Source of the DNA: Acidobacteriota bacterium
Lineage (GTDB): Bacteria; Acidobacteriota; Holophagae; Holophagales; Holophagaceae
Length of the DNA stretch: 61,733 nucleotides
Direction of reading: 5' to 3'
Assembly (NCBI GenBank): GCA_021812805.1
Contig: JAKAMQ010000001.1
Location: forward strand, 1 to 61,733
Each line of letters begins with the position of its first letter. Positions within the stretch are counted from its first letter, which is position 1. Shown piece by piece: positions 20,119 to 28,138 of the stretch. The position numbers and the translations under genes are program-made. The notes under the pieces are model-generated. The model did not search any database and was not told the origin of the DNA. It saw nothing but the letters and a program-made list of their open reading frames with translations.

Positions 20119-21141
20119 TCACCGATAGGCCTTGGCCATGTCCTCCACCGCTTCCTTGACCTTTTCTCTCAAGAATTCAGGAGCCAATACCTCCGCAGAG
20201 GGGCCTAGCTGAAGGATCCACCTGATCAGCCCTTCTGGTGCATTGGCTTGGAAACGGACAAGGGCTGACGAGCCCTTTCGCTCCATTTGGAAGCCAGGAA
20301 AGGCAGGTTTGGCCTCTTCCATGGCCTGAATCCAGTTCGCTCCTGTCACGCGAAGACGCACTTCAAACGGATCAGAAGGGCTCGTCCATCCCCCAATCTG
20401 GTGTTCGGCAGCGATTTTGAGTTGGGCTTCCCGAAGGAAAATCACGGGACGGTTCAGTACCTTGGCGTTTTGAATGCGCGACAGCCGCAGTTGCATCACC
20501 TTATGTCGTTCGGCGTCCTCCCCCAAGAGGAACGTACCGCCACTTATTAGATCTTGGGTAAAGCAGTAGGGAGAGAAAACTATCCGGCGGGGTGACGTCG
20601 TCCCAGGCCTCCGATAATCCAACTCCATCTGTCTGGGGATCTCAGTCGAAAAGGCATTGAAGGCCGCTTCCAGGGCCGCCACCTGACCATCTGCCGGGTC
20701 TTCCGCCACCCCACCAGTCACACGAATGTTTCTACGAAGGCGCTCGAGGAACTTCCGATCTTTGTCGGTGAGGCTCTTCTCCGTGATTTCAACCAGGGTC
20801 TCAAGCTGCTTCTGCAGGGTGGCGTTTCCGCCAAGCCCCAAGGTCATGGCAGCCACCCTAAGCGCCAGCCGCGTCTCTCGGCTGATGGTCTCGTCCCAGC
20901 GCGGTCCTTTGACCATGATGAAGATGCGTTCACGGGTTCTGGGGTCACTCTTTATGTCGAACCGCGCCCCCTGCGCAAGCAGGAGCTGCCGCGCTCGATC
21001 AGCGCTACGAAGACCGACCCCCCCCATAACCTCGGCTAACTTCGCCCGTGTGAGGCCATGTTCAGAAGCATCCCGCAAAGCTGAAACCGCCATCTTCAGG
21101 CGCTCACGATCCACCAGCTTGTCGGTCTCGACCAGCGCCAC
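20119..21141 (-). CDS. WYL-domain transcriptional regulator (wHTH-WYL-WCX)
   Basis: N-terminal HTH, YRRP...SPY...FLLG...LRLSRI, C-terminal WILQLGPSAEVLAPEFLR. Confidence 0.88.
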   Translation of the reverse strand: MALVETDKLVDRERLKMAVSALRDASEHGLTRAKLAEVMGGVGLRSADRARQLLLAQGARFDIKSDPRTRERIFIMVKGPRWDETISRETRLALRVAAMTLGLGGNATLQKQLETLVEITEKSLTDKDRKFLERLRRNIRVTGGVAEDPADGQVAALEAAFNAFSTEIPRQMELDYRRPGTTSPRRIVFSPYCFTQDLISGGTFLLGEDAERHKVMQLRLSRIQNAKVLNRPVIFLREAQLKIAAEHQIGGWTSPSDPFEVRLRVTGANWIQAMEEAKPAFPGFQMERKGSSALVRFQANAPEGLIRWILQLGPSAEVLAPEFLREKVKEAVEDMAKAYR

Positions 21142-21290
21142 AGTGCCCCCTTCGGCTCAAATACACTACGCTCGGGTTGTCATTCACTGTCAAGCGAAGG
21201 AATGCAGAACTGGACACCTCTCTTCACCATGGATGAATAATGGACCGGATCCCAAAAAAGGCCGGCCTTCCCTTATCACTGTTGCTGGGG

Positions 21291-21704
21291 TTATTCCGCC
21301 AGGAGAGGCCAACGATCCTCATATTCCTTTAGATTACCCTCAATGGCCTTTCGACTCATGGTCAGGGTCCGTTTCCCATCTTTACGATCTTCATTGCGAT
21401 CTGAGATCAGAGCATCGAGTACATTCACGGGAAATCCGAAAAATCGACTTCTGGGATTGCTACGATCGATTAGCACGACCACGAGAAAATCGAAGCCATC
21501 CGTCAGGTTCCCGTTCACCGCAAGCTGGCTTGGCCAGTCGATGGTCTTCACCTGGACACGCATATTACCAAAATCGTGGAGGATCACGAGATCCCATCCC
21601 TTCTGCGTTTCACCGTGGGCTAGATATGCCTCATAATCTCGCTTCAGCAACTCACCAAGCACAAGATATTCGCCGATTGCGGCAGATACTGAACCATTGG
21701 CCAT
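21291..21704 (-). CDS. Small PD-(D/E)xK-superfamily nuclease
   Basis: GEYLV..EL....G.DLV.......VQVKT pattern. Confidence 0.7.
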   Translation of the reverse strand: MANGSVSAAIGEYLVLGELLKRDYEAYLAHGETQKGWDLVILHDFGNMRVQVKTIDWPSQLAVNGNLTDGFDFLVVVLIDRSNPRSRFFGFPVNVLDALISDRNEDRKDGKRTLTMSRKAIEGNLKEYEDRWPLLAE

Positions 21705-21887
21705 CTTAAGTCCTCGTAGGAATAGTTTCCGTGCTGGTTTCTATTTTCATACGAGTTGCCGCTATTGCACAGCTAATCCAACCGCAAGCCGCCCAAGTCT
21801 CGTTACTTCTCCAAAGGAATCTGTAAAACATTTAGCCATACACTCATTTGGTTGCTTGCCTTAGAGATATCCTCTAACAACGGAATC

Positions 21888-22628
21888 TCACCGCTGAACC
21901 TTCATCGCCATTAGATCTCGAAGAATGGCAACTTCAGCGTCTGGACCTTCTATTTCCCGATAGCATCTGCCCTTTGCGTTAATGTGCCGGTTGCATGGAT
22001 GCGTCAATAGGGCTATTCGCACCGACTGTTTCATGTTTCCAACCCGAACTAGTGCTACTGGGCTCCTCCCCTGTCGATCCAGACTATAAAGGGCATTCAG
22101 GGAATCCACATGACGCCAAGCTTCTAGATCGTGGCTCAATGAAGCCAATACTGAGGTTGCTTTCAGCCCCAAGACTAGGATCAGCTTTGGATTCTGTTCC
22201 TGGATCTGTTGTAGAAGAAAGGAAGCACACCGCTGAACGAACTGGGGGTCCCGTGAGCCCGGGAATTCGCCTTGTGGCTTATTCCCAGCCTTCAAGCCCA
22301 TGTAGGCATTGGTGAAGAAGCAGGAATCCAAATTGATTCCCGCATCAAGAAGGAGTTTGGTCAACGGCCCCCACGTTGGACTGGTCGAACGCTCGCTTTT
22401 GGCCTCTAGCGATCGGTCGAACCCAGTTTCGCAATCGAAATTGTGAGCAACGACCATGACTCCTCCGACTGGGAACGGCGGAGGGGCCTGATGGATATCC
22501 TTCCCCCAAAGCCCGTAACCTCCGGGGAAGAAAGCCAGCCCAGGAATTCTCCCTGAGAGCGGCATCACTCCAGAGGGGTATGGTTCGACAGACTTCATTT
22601 TCTCGAAAAGCTGATCAACAGGATGCAT
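21888..22628 (-). CDS. Uracil-DNA glycosylase superfamily protein with atypical motif 1
   Basis: VMVVAHNF, FFTNA, C..FL.QQI....PKLILVLG and HP motifs in UDG-fold order. Confidence 0.72.
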   Translation of the reverse strand: MHPVDQLFEKMKSVEPYPSGVMPLSGRIPGLAFFPGGYGLWGKDIHQAPPPFPVGGVMVVAHNFDCETGFDRSLEAKSERSTSPTWGPLTKLLLDAGINLDSCFFTNAYMGLKAGNKPQGEFPGSRDPQFVQRCASFLLQQIQEQNPKLILVLGLKATSVLASLSHDLEAWRHVDSLNALYSLDRQGRSPVALVRVGNMKQSVRIALLTHPCNRHINAKGRCYREIEGPDAEVAILRDLMAMKVQR

Positions 22629-22737
22629 GAGGACCTGGGCCTACGAGTCGAATCCCCCAGATCATTTGTTATTCCTTTCCTTCGTTGATCTGGTGAAACC
22701 ATCCGACAATTCTGCCGTTTATTTGGTGAATCCTGAA

Positions 22738-23904
22738 TTATGAGTTGAGCGTGATCCAGTCCCCTGGATTTATCTTGTGCCCTTTCTGATATGGCTCGCC
22801 GTTCACAAACAGCCGTTGACCATTTTTTTCGAGGAAGGTCAGGTGCTGCCGTGCCGCGTTTTCTCGCCGACCAATATCTGTTAGCGCTTTCTGTAGTTCT
22901 TCCATTTTTGCGCCACGCTCCAGCAAGTTGCCAACGATGGTATTGACGCCATCAACCTTCTTTCCACCATGGAGCGCATCTCCCTCATAGGAGGCTGGCA
23001 TGTCCCGCTTCCGTTCAAACAATCTGCTCTTGGTAGGGTGGCTATTCAGGCCGGCTTCGAATGCACCCAGGACGATTTCAGCCTCAGTAGCCCGCGCTGC
23101 GGGATCAAGCGACCAGCGATCACTGAGTGCGTGATTCAGGAAGAGTACCCGGGGTTCTGGTTGAAAGATGGTTTGAATGATTCCCCGCAGAGATAGATCA
23201 ATGTGTTCACTCATCCGACGTCCTAGAATCCACGCTGCCGCAGGTCCCTGGTTTTGCTCATAGGTTGCCATCGCCTCGGGGTAATCGTCCCACAGCTCCT
23301 GCTCACTCAAGGTCTCGCCGTGTCGAAGCAGGAGCTCGATGAAATCAACGGCATCCTTCCCACGTGTTTGTTTCCCACGGTCCAGCCAGGCAACGAGTTT
23401 CAGAATGGCGAGCCCGAGTGCAGAGGCCATGGGGATGGAGCGATCCCCGCCTAGCTTAAGCTGAACGGCGCAGTCCAATGCCTGGTCATAGCCTAGAATC
23501 CGCATGACATGGTCACCCTCTGGTGGCCACGCAAGAGTTCCGTCCGAGGCGGCGAGTGCGCCAAATGGAACAAGGTCTATGCTGGTCCTGAAGCCGGTCT
23601 GAGCGTTGGTGTGGGTCATTCTTTGCACCTGACTCGGGTCACGCTTAAAGCGCCCCGTGGCCTCCAATGAGTCCAATAGGTTCTTATAGGCCTCCCAACT
23701 GGGGACAGTGACGCCAAAATCGACGTCGGTTGTCTTCCTCCCAGCATTGCATCCATGTCCGTAGTGCAGCAGGATCTCCCGAGCCATAGCCCCGGTCAGA
23801 AGATAAGGGATACCCAGCCCCTTTAGTAGATCATCTAGATCACGTAAAAGTCCGTCCGTGCTGGGGTCTAGAGGGTATTTCAGGTCAAGCCAGGTAGCGG
23901 TCAT
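22738..23904 (-). CDS. AbiEii-like nucleotidyltransferase toxin (COG4849-like) with C-terminal extension
   Basis: GAMARE, R.TTDVDF, IDLVPFG, LKLVAW.DR and KDAVD motifs; overlaps the antitoxin gene. Confidence 0.85.
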   Translation of the reverse strand: MTATWLDLKYPLDPSTDGLLRDLDDLLKGLGIPYLLTGAMAREILLHYGHGCNAGRKTTDVDFGVTVPSWEAYKNLLDSLEATGRFKRDPSQVQRMTHTNAQTGFRTSIDLVPFGALAASDGTLAWPPEGDHVMRILGYDQALDCAVQLKLGGDRSIPMASALGLAILKLVAWLDRGKQTRGKDAVDFIELLLRHGETLSEQELWDDYPEAMATYEQNQGPAAAWILGRRMSEHIDLSLRGIIQTIFQPEPRVLFLNHALSDRWSLDPAARATEAEIVLGAFEAGLNSHPTKSRLFERKRDMPASYEGDALHGGKKVDGVNTIVGNLLERGAKMEELQKALTDIGRRENAARQHLTFLEKNGQRLFVNGEPYQKGHKINPGDWITLNS

Positions 23905-24976
23905 GGATCATCTTCGCCTGTTCGATCGTCCGTGGGTCTCCGATGTTTTGCAGATCCGCGAACACCAGCAAGGGTGCTACAAGGTCAGTAGCCCAGTCAT
24001 TTTCCTCATTGTTCTTGGGCAGCTCCCAGAACGCATCGAGAACCTCGACCGGACCCTCGGGGTCCGCCTTCAGTCGGTGCTTTCCTAGGAACAAATCCCT
24101 TCCGTTCCGAGGGAGGTAGACGGTGGTGGTCTTCGGGACAAGGTCGCCCATGAGCTTGGCTGCTGCGATCTCTCCTCCCCACCAGCCGCCAGTTGCTTCG
24201 AATTCGGCATTCTTCCACCAAGCATCATTGGCCGCCCGGAATCGACGGCGATTGAGATGGTCCCTTAATCGGAGCGGGTAGTTGGTGGCCCAGGTCTGGA
24301 TGGCTCGTTCGCGATCGAGCCAGCGTCGTTTGCCTTCCTGGTCTTCGATAAGGAAGCCATGCTCTCGGAGGTCCGTAAGAATCCAGCCCACCGTTCCCAG
24401 GGCCACCCCTGCAGCTTGGGCCATCTCGCGATAGGTGCCTTGGAGCAGGCCTGGGTCTGCCAACAATGTAAAGACTAATTTCAGACCGGTTCGATCAAAC
24501 GCTCTCAAGGTCCTGACCGGTTTATTCAGAGCTTTGTCGGGCTTTTGCCCAGTGATTAGGACGAATAGGCCCTCTTCGTTCAGGTAGGCGTTCCCCGCTG
24601 TGTCCAAAAACGGTAGCCCGATCGTCCGACACCGTTCGGCCATCCGCGGGGTGATGTGAGGAGCTATCAGAACTCCTGGCCCTTTTTGATTGTAATTTGC
24701 AATATTGTTAGGATTTTGTAGTTTCTTGTCTAAATGATGCATTGTTTTTAGTTGATTCATCACATCGTGCAGCATGCCTTCTCGATCAAGTGCATGTCGA
24801 GTTTCTACCAAAAATGTAAATATTTGGTTATTAACATAGATACGAATTTTACCATCTGCTTCAAACACTCGCGGGCCAGGCAGGGGTATCTCCAAGTCCA
24901 ACAGTTCTACGCGTAAACCCGTCCCCCCCTGGAAACGCTCCAAGGCCTGTTGGATGAGTTCTGCTTCGTAGGGCAT
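23885..24976 (-). CDS. AbiEi-like type IV antitoxin (COG4861-like)
   Basis: FLDTAGNAYL, TYREMAQAAGVALGTV, WGGEIAA and PLLVFADL...DPR motifs. Confidence 0.85.
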   Translation of the reverse strand: MPYEAELIQQALERFQGGTGLRVELLDLEIPLPGPRVFEADGKIRIYVNNQIFTFLVETRHALDREGMLHDVMNQLKTMHHLDKKLQNPNNIANYNQKGPGVLIAPHITPRMAERCRTIGLPFLDTAGNAYLNEEGLFVLITGQKPDKALNKPVRTLRAFDRTGLKLVFTLLADPGLLQGTYREMAQAAGVALGTVGWILTDLREHGFLIEDQEGKRRWLDRERAIQTWATNYPLRLRDHLNRRRFRAANDAWWKNAEFEATGGWWGGEIAAAKLMGDLVPKTTTVYLPRNGRDLFLGKHRLKADPEGPVEVLDAFWELPKNNEENDWATDLVAPLLVFADLQNIGDPRTIEQAKMIHDRYLA

Positions 24977-24995
24977 CTGTTCATTCCTGTCGAGC

Positions 24996-25097
24996 GTTCT
25001 CGTTCCGTGAACAAGATCAGATATTGAACATCGGCTCTGGGCGGGGGATGGTCAAGAGGAAATGTTCAATCAATTTGCTTGTTCACGGAGCGTGAAC
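24996..25097. promoter_or_regulatory. Large inverted repeat upstream of abiEi, probable autoregulatory operator and promoter
   Basis: TCCGTGAACAAG-N7-ATTGAACAT ... ATGTTCAAT-N7-CTTGTTCACGGA, with TTGACC (minus strand) in the spacer. Confidence 0.7.
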
Positions 25098-25227
25098 TGA
25101 CTGAGAAATTGAACTGAAGGGGAGAATTCGCTCCAATTCACTGAAAAATAAGGCTATTCGGCACATCGGGTTGAAAAGTGCTTCTGGTGATTCCTTCAGG
25201 TGAAGGGTCTTTTGGTTGAAACGGGCT

Positions 25228-26676
25228 TCAGATCACTTCCCGTTCGATGAGGTCAGCAAGTACGGAAAGTGGCACCCCAAATTCCGTCACTGCGGGTGTC
25301 CGCGTTGGCGGGTGGGGAGAATGGTCGCGGGATCCAAGGAAGCCGGCCACCCGTTCACCGAATTCCGGCCGTTCGCGGATGATGGGCACCCCGCGCTTGG
25401 CGTGCTGGCCATGGGCGAACAGCATCTTCGCCCGCAGCACCTCGAAGCTGTAGCCACGTCCCACGCGGTTCACGACCCGGATCACCCCGTTCAGGGCTTC
25501 CGTGTAGGCGTTCGTGACGGGATGCTGGAAGTAGGCGAAGGCTTCTGCCTCCCAGTTGCGCAGGGCGGTCAGCAGGGGGCGAAAGGCATCACTGGCCGAT
25601 GGGCCGAGGCTGGATGCCCATTCCGCGTATCTGCCCTTGGCCTGGGTTGGGGTCAGCCTGGCATCCCATATGTCGCAGAAGCCTTCCTTCGCGTTCCAGG
25701 CGGCCCCCAGATCCGGGAATTCCTCCGTCCAGGTTGCGATCCTGTCCAACTGTTGGGGGCCGAGGTCCCTGGCCCTGCGCAAAAGCAGGAACCGATCATC
25801 CTTCAGACGTAGGCGCCTCTTGGTCGAAAGGTCCGACCGGATCCGCTTGCGGACGGTCTCCAGCGCCGCCGTGGCCATGCGGACCACATGGAACTTGTCG
25901 ACTACGACCTGGGCGCGCGGCAGCAGTTCCCTCGCGACGTCTCGATAGGGTGCCCACATGTCCATGCACACCAATTCGATTCGGTCTCGATTCGCCATGG
26001 CCTGAACATAGGTCCCCAGGGCCTGCTTCTGCCGGGTGGGCAGCATGTCCACCATGCAGCGTTCCTCGACGTTGGCGATGACTGCACGGCTGCGCCTGAT
26101 GATGTGGATCTCGTCCAGACCAAGCCAGCGCGGCGTCTCGAAACGGTGCTGGCCCTCCAGCCAACGGATGTGGTCGGCGATGATCCGGCGGACGGTCCGC
26201 TCGTGGACGCCGATCTCGCGGGCGACCTCAGAGAACGTCCGCTGAAGCCCATCCCGTTCCACCCTCGCCACCAGGCGCCGGGTCATCATGTGGGCTTCCG
26301 CCATATCCGGCAGTGGCTGGAGCGTGATGCCACCGCACGCCCGACAGCGGACGCGCCTGCGATCCACATGAACAACCGAAACGTTTCCGTGATTGGGAAT
26401 GTCGGCGTAAGCCTGTGGTCGCGCCCCGTGCGCGTATAGGCCATCGTGACCGCACTTTGAACATCGGTCAGGGGAGGCCAATCCTTCCGCGAGGACATGG
26501 TATTGGCCATCGTCCAAGCGGACGGAAAGCGTCTTCAGCCCGGGAAGGTTCAGGAAGTCGGGTATCTCCACGACAGGGCCGGTCGCGCCGTTACCGCTTC
26601 TTGAAGCCGTGTGACGGACTTCCAGAACCACCGGCTCCCCCACCGGGGGCTGATCCATCGCCAGGGAACAGATCAT
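25228..26676 (-). CDS. ISL3-family transposase
   Basis: CxxC zinc finger, GLDE, CMDMW.PY, VDKFHV and TNAYTEALN motifs. Confidence 0.92.
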   Translation of the reverse strand: MICSLAMDQPPVGEPVVLEVRHTASRSGNGATGPVVEIPDFLNLPGLKTLSVRLDDGQYHVLAEGLASPDRCSKCGHDGLYAHGARPQAYADIPNHGNVSVVHVDRRRVRCRACGGITLQPLPDMAEAHMMTRRLVARVERDGLQRTFSEVAREIGVHERTVRRIIADHIRWLEGQHRFETPRWLGLDEIHIIRRSRAVIANVEERCMVDMLPTRQKQALGTYVQAMANRDRIELVCMDMWAPYRDVARELLPRAQVVVDKFHVVRMATAALETVRKRIRSDLSTKRRLRLKDDRFLLLRRARDLGPQQLDRIATWTEEFPDLGAAWNAKEGFCDIWDARLTPTQAKGRYAEWASSLGPSASDAFRPLLTALRNWEAEAFAYFQHPVTNAYTEALNGVIRVVNRVGRGYSFEVLRAKMLFAHGQHAKRGVPIIRERPEFGERVAGFLGSRDHSPHPPTRTPAVTEFGVPLSVLADLIEREVI

Positions 26677-27091
26677 CCAAATCCACGCCGGGATCGATTC
26701 CGAGCATGAGGGAAGCCCATCGGACCACGCCCTTGGCCAACCCGACGGCTTCGATCCAGTCCGATTCGGTCAATGCGGGGGCGAGGCCCGGATAGCGGGT
26801 CTGAACCGCATACCGGGTCAGGACATTCGCATCGTCCAGTTCCTTGGTGATCACGATTCCGTTGTCGCCCATCAACTCGAGAAGTTCATCGATGTCGTGG
26901 GTGGACCTGAATTCGATCCCCTTTTCGCGACAGACGGCCTTCAAAGCCTTCTCGGCGGCTTGCTGGGCCTGGAAGCATAGGTCCTCCACCACGATGGGGG
27001 GGTCCGGTTTCCTTGATGCGATGGCCAACGCACTGCGCGCCCGGGAAAGCCATTCGTCCGCGTTGCCCTGATTGACCCTAGCCTTCGACAT
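26591..27091 (-). CDS. HEPN-domain protein (toxin of an MNT-HEPN pair)
   Basis: CFQAQQAAEKALKA, RSTHDI and YAVQTRYP motifs. Confidence 0.85.
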   Translation of the reverse strand: MSKARVNQGNADEWLSRARSALAIASRKPDPPIVVEDLCFQAQQAAEKALKAVCREKGIEFRSTHDIDELLELMGDNGIVITKELDDANVLTRYAVQTRYPGLAPALTESDWIEAVGLAKGVVRWASLMLGIDPGVDLDDLFPGDGSAPGGGAGGSGSPSHGFKKR

Positions 27092-27527
27092 GGTACAGCT
27101 CCCTTCCTTCCGCGAGGGCGTTGCGATAGACCAGCCAAGGGTCATCGACATGCAGCGAAAGGTCACTTTCCCCGATCACCAGGGCATCGGTGGCGAAACC
27201 AAGTCCGCGAAGGCTGCGGTAAATGGCCTTCGAAGCCTGGTTCGGATCCGCCTCGTCAGGCATGACCACCAGCACGTCCAGGTCACTATCAGGACCCATC
27301 TGACCGCGCGCAGCCGACCCGAACAGGATCACCCTGACGGGATGGACGGCTTCCACGATGCGCTTGGTCATGTCAGGCACGATCTCGGCCAGCACGGCTT
27401 CCTGCGTCAGCGGGCGCGCTGGACGGTTGGGGCGCAGGAGTTCAGAACCCGCCCCGGCCGCCGTCGGGGCCACTGCCGGAAGACTGGCTTGCCTGGCCAA
27501 GCGCATGTCGGCACCTTCTGGTTCCAT
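27078..27527 (-). CDS. Minimal nucleotidyltransferase (MNT) antitoxin
   Basis: ILFGSAARG....DSDLDVLVV and EGRELY motifs. Confidence 0.88.
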   Translation of the reverse strand: MEPEGADMRLARQASLPAVAPTAAGAGSELLRPNRPARPLTQEAVLAEIVPDMTKRIVEAVHPVRVILFGSAARGQMGPDSDLDVLVVMPDEADPNQASKAIYRSLRGLGFATDALVIGESDLSLHVDDPWLVYRNALAEGRELYHVEG

Positions 27528-28138
27528 CTTCCAATCGTGCCATCAGACCGGCAAATTGTCAACCCTATGTGCCGATTTCAGAAACGATGTCCCGGCGACA
27601 GTTTCAACCCGATGTGCCGAATAGCCAAAAATAAGAGTTACTGGGTAACTTACCGCCGGAGATCGGGTGCCCGTCCTCGAACAGTGGCTGGTGGCAGGAG
27701 CGAATTGCTGAATTCAGCAATTTCACCATCAGGCAAGGTTGACCTAACAAGTTAGGTTAGATCTAACCCCGGAAGCCAGTGGTCAGGGTGCCGTGATGTT
27801 AGAAAACTAACTTCTGAGGAGATGGCAAGAGCTGAGCGGGCGTGACAGGTGTCACGCCGTTAAGAAGAAGCCTGATCCAGCCCCAGCAAATGCCTTTGGA
27901 AGGTCCCAGAAAGTCTGTTAGCAGGCTTTTTTGGTTAAATCATTTAACAGAAGGTTGCGACCAGAAGCATATGTCTAATAATTACAAGTTGTTTAATGGC
28001 AATAATTATAAAATATTAACCAAGAAACCTAATTCCGGAACCGCGCTGCGGGTGACATCCTCCCTGAAATCGAGGCCAGAGAGATGAGGTGATCCAACAC
28101 GGCAGGACTGGCGCAGGCTCACCAAGCCATCAGGTCCT

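Larger units (their letters stand above)
25152..27626 (-). mobile_element. ISL3-family element carrying MNT-HEPN passenger genes
   Basis: Perfect 25-bp IR GGCTATTCGGCACATCGGGTTGAAA at both ends, 8-bp TSD AAAAATAA at 25144-25151 and 27627-27634. Confidence 0.92.

Noticed and set aside
21275-21293. TAACCCCAGCAAC resembling the transposon end
   Set aside because: Short match without the terminal GGGG; plausible by chance.
20726-21709. 327-aa plus-strand ORF
   Set aside because: Antisense to the WYL and nuclease genes, with no recognisable features.
27742-27811. Integron attC/attI sites suggested by RYYYAAC/GTTRRRY motifs
   Set aside because: Arms are too close for attC, there is no cassette array, and the integrase is not recognisably IntI-like.
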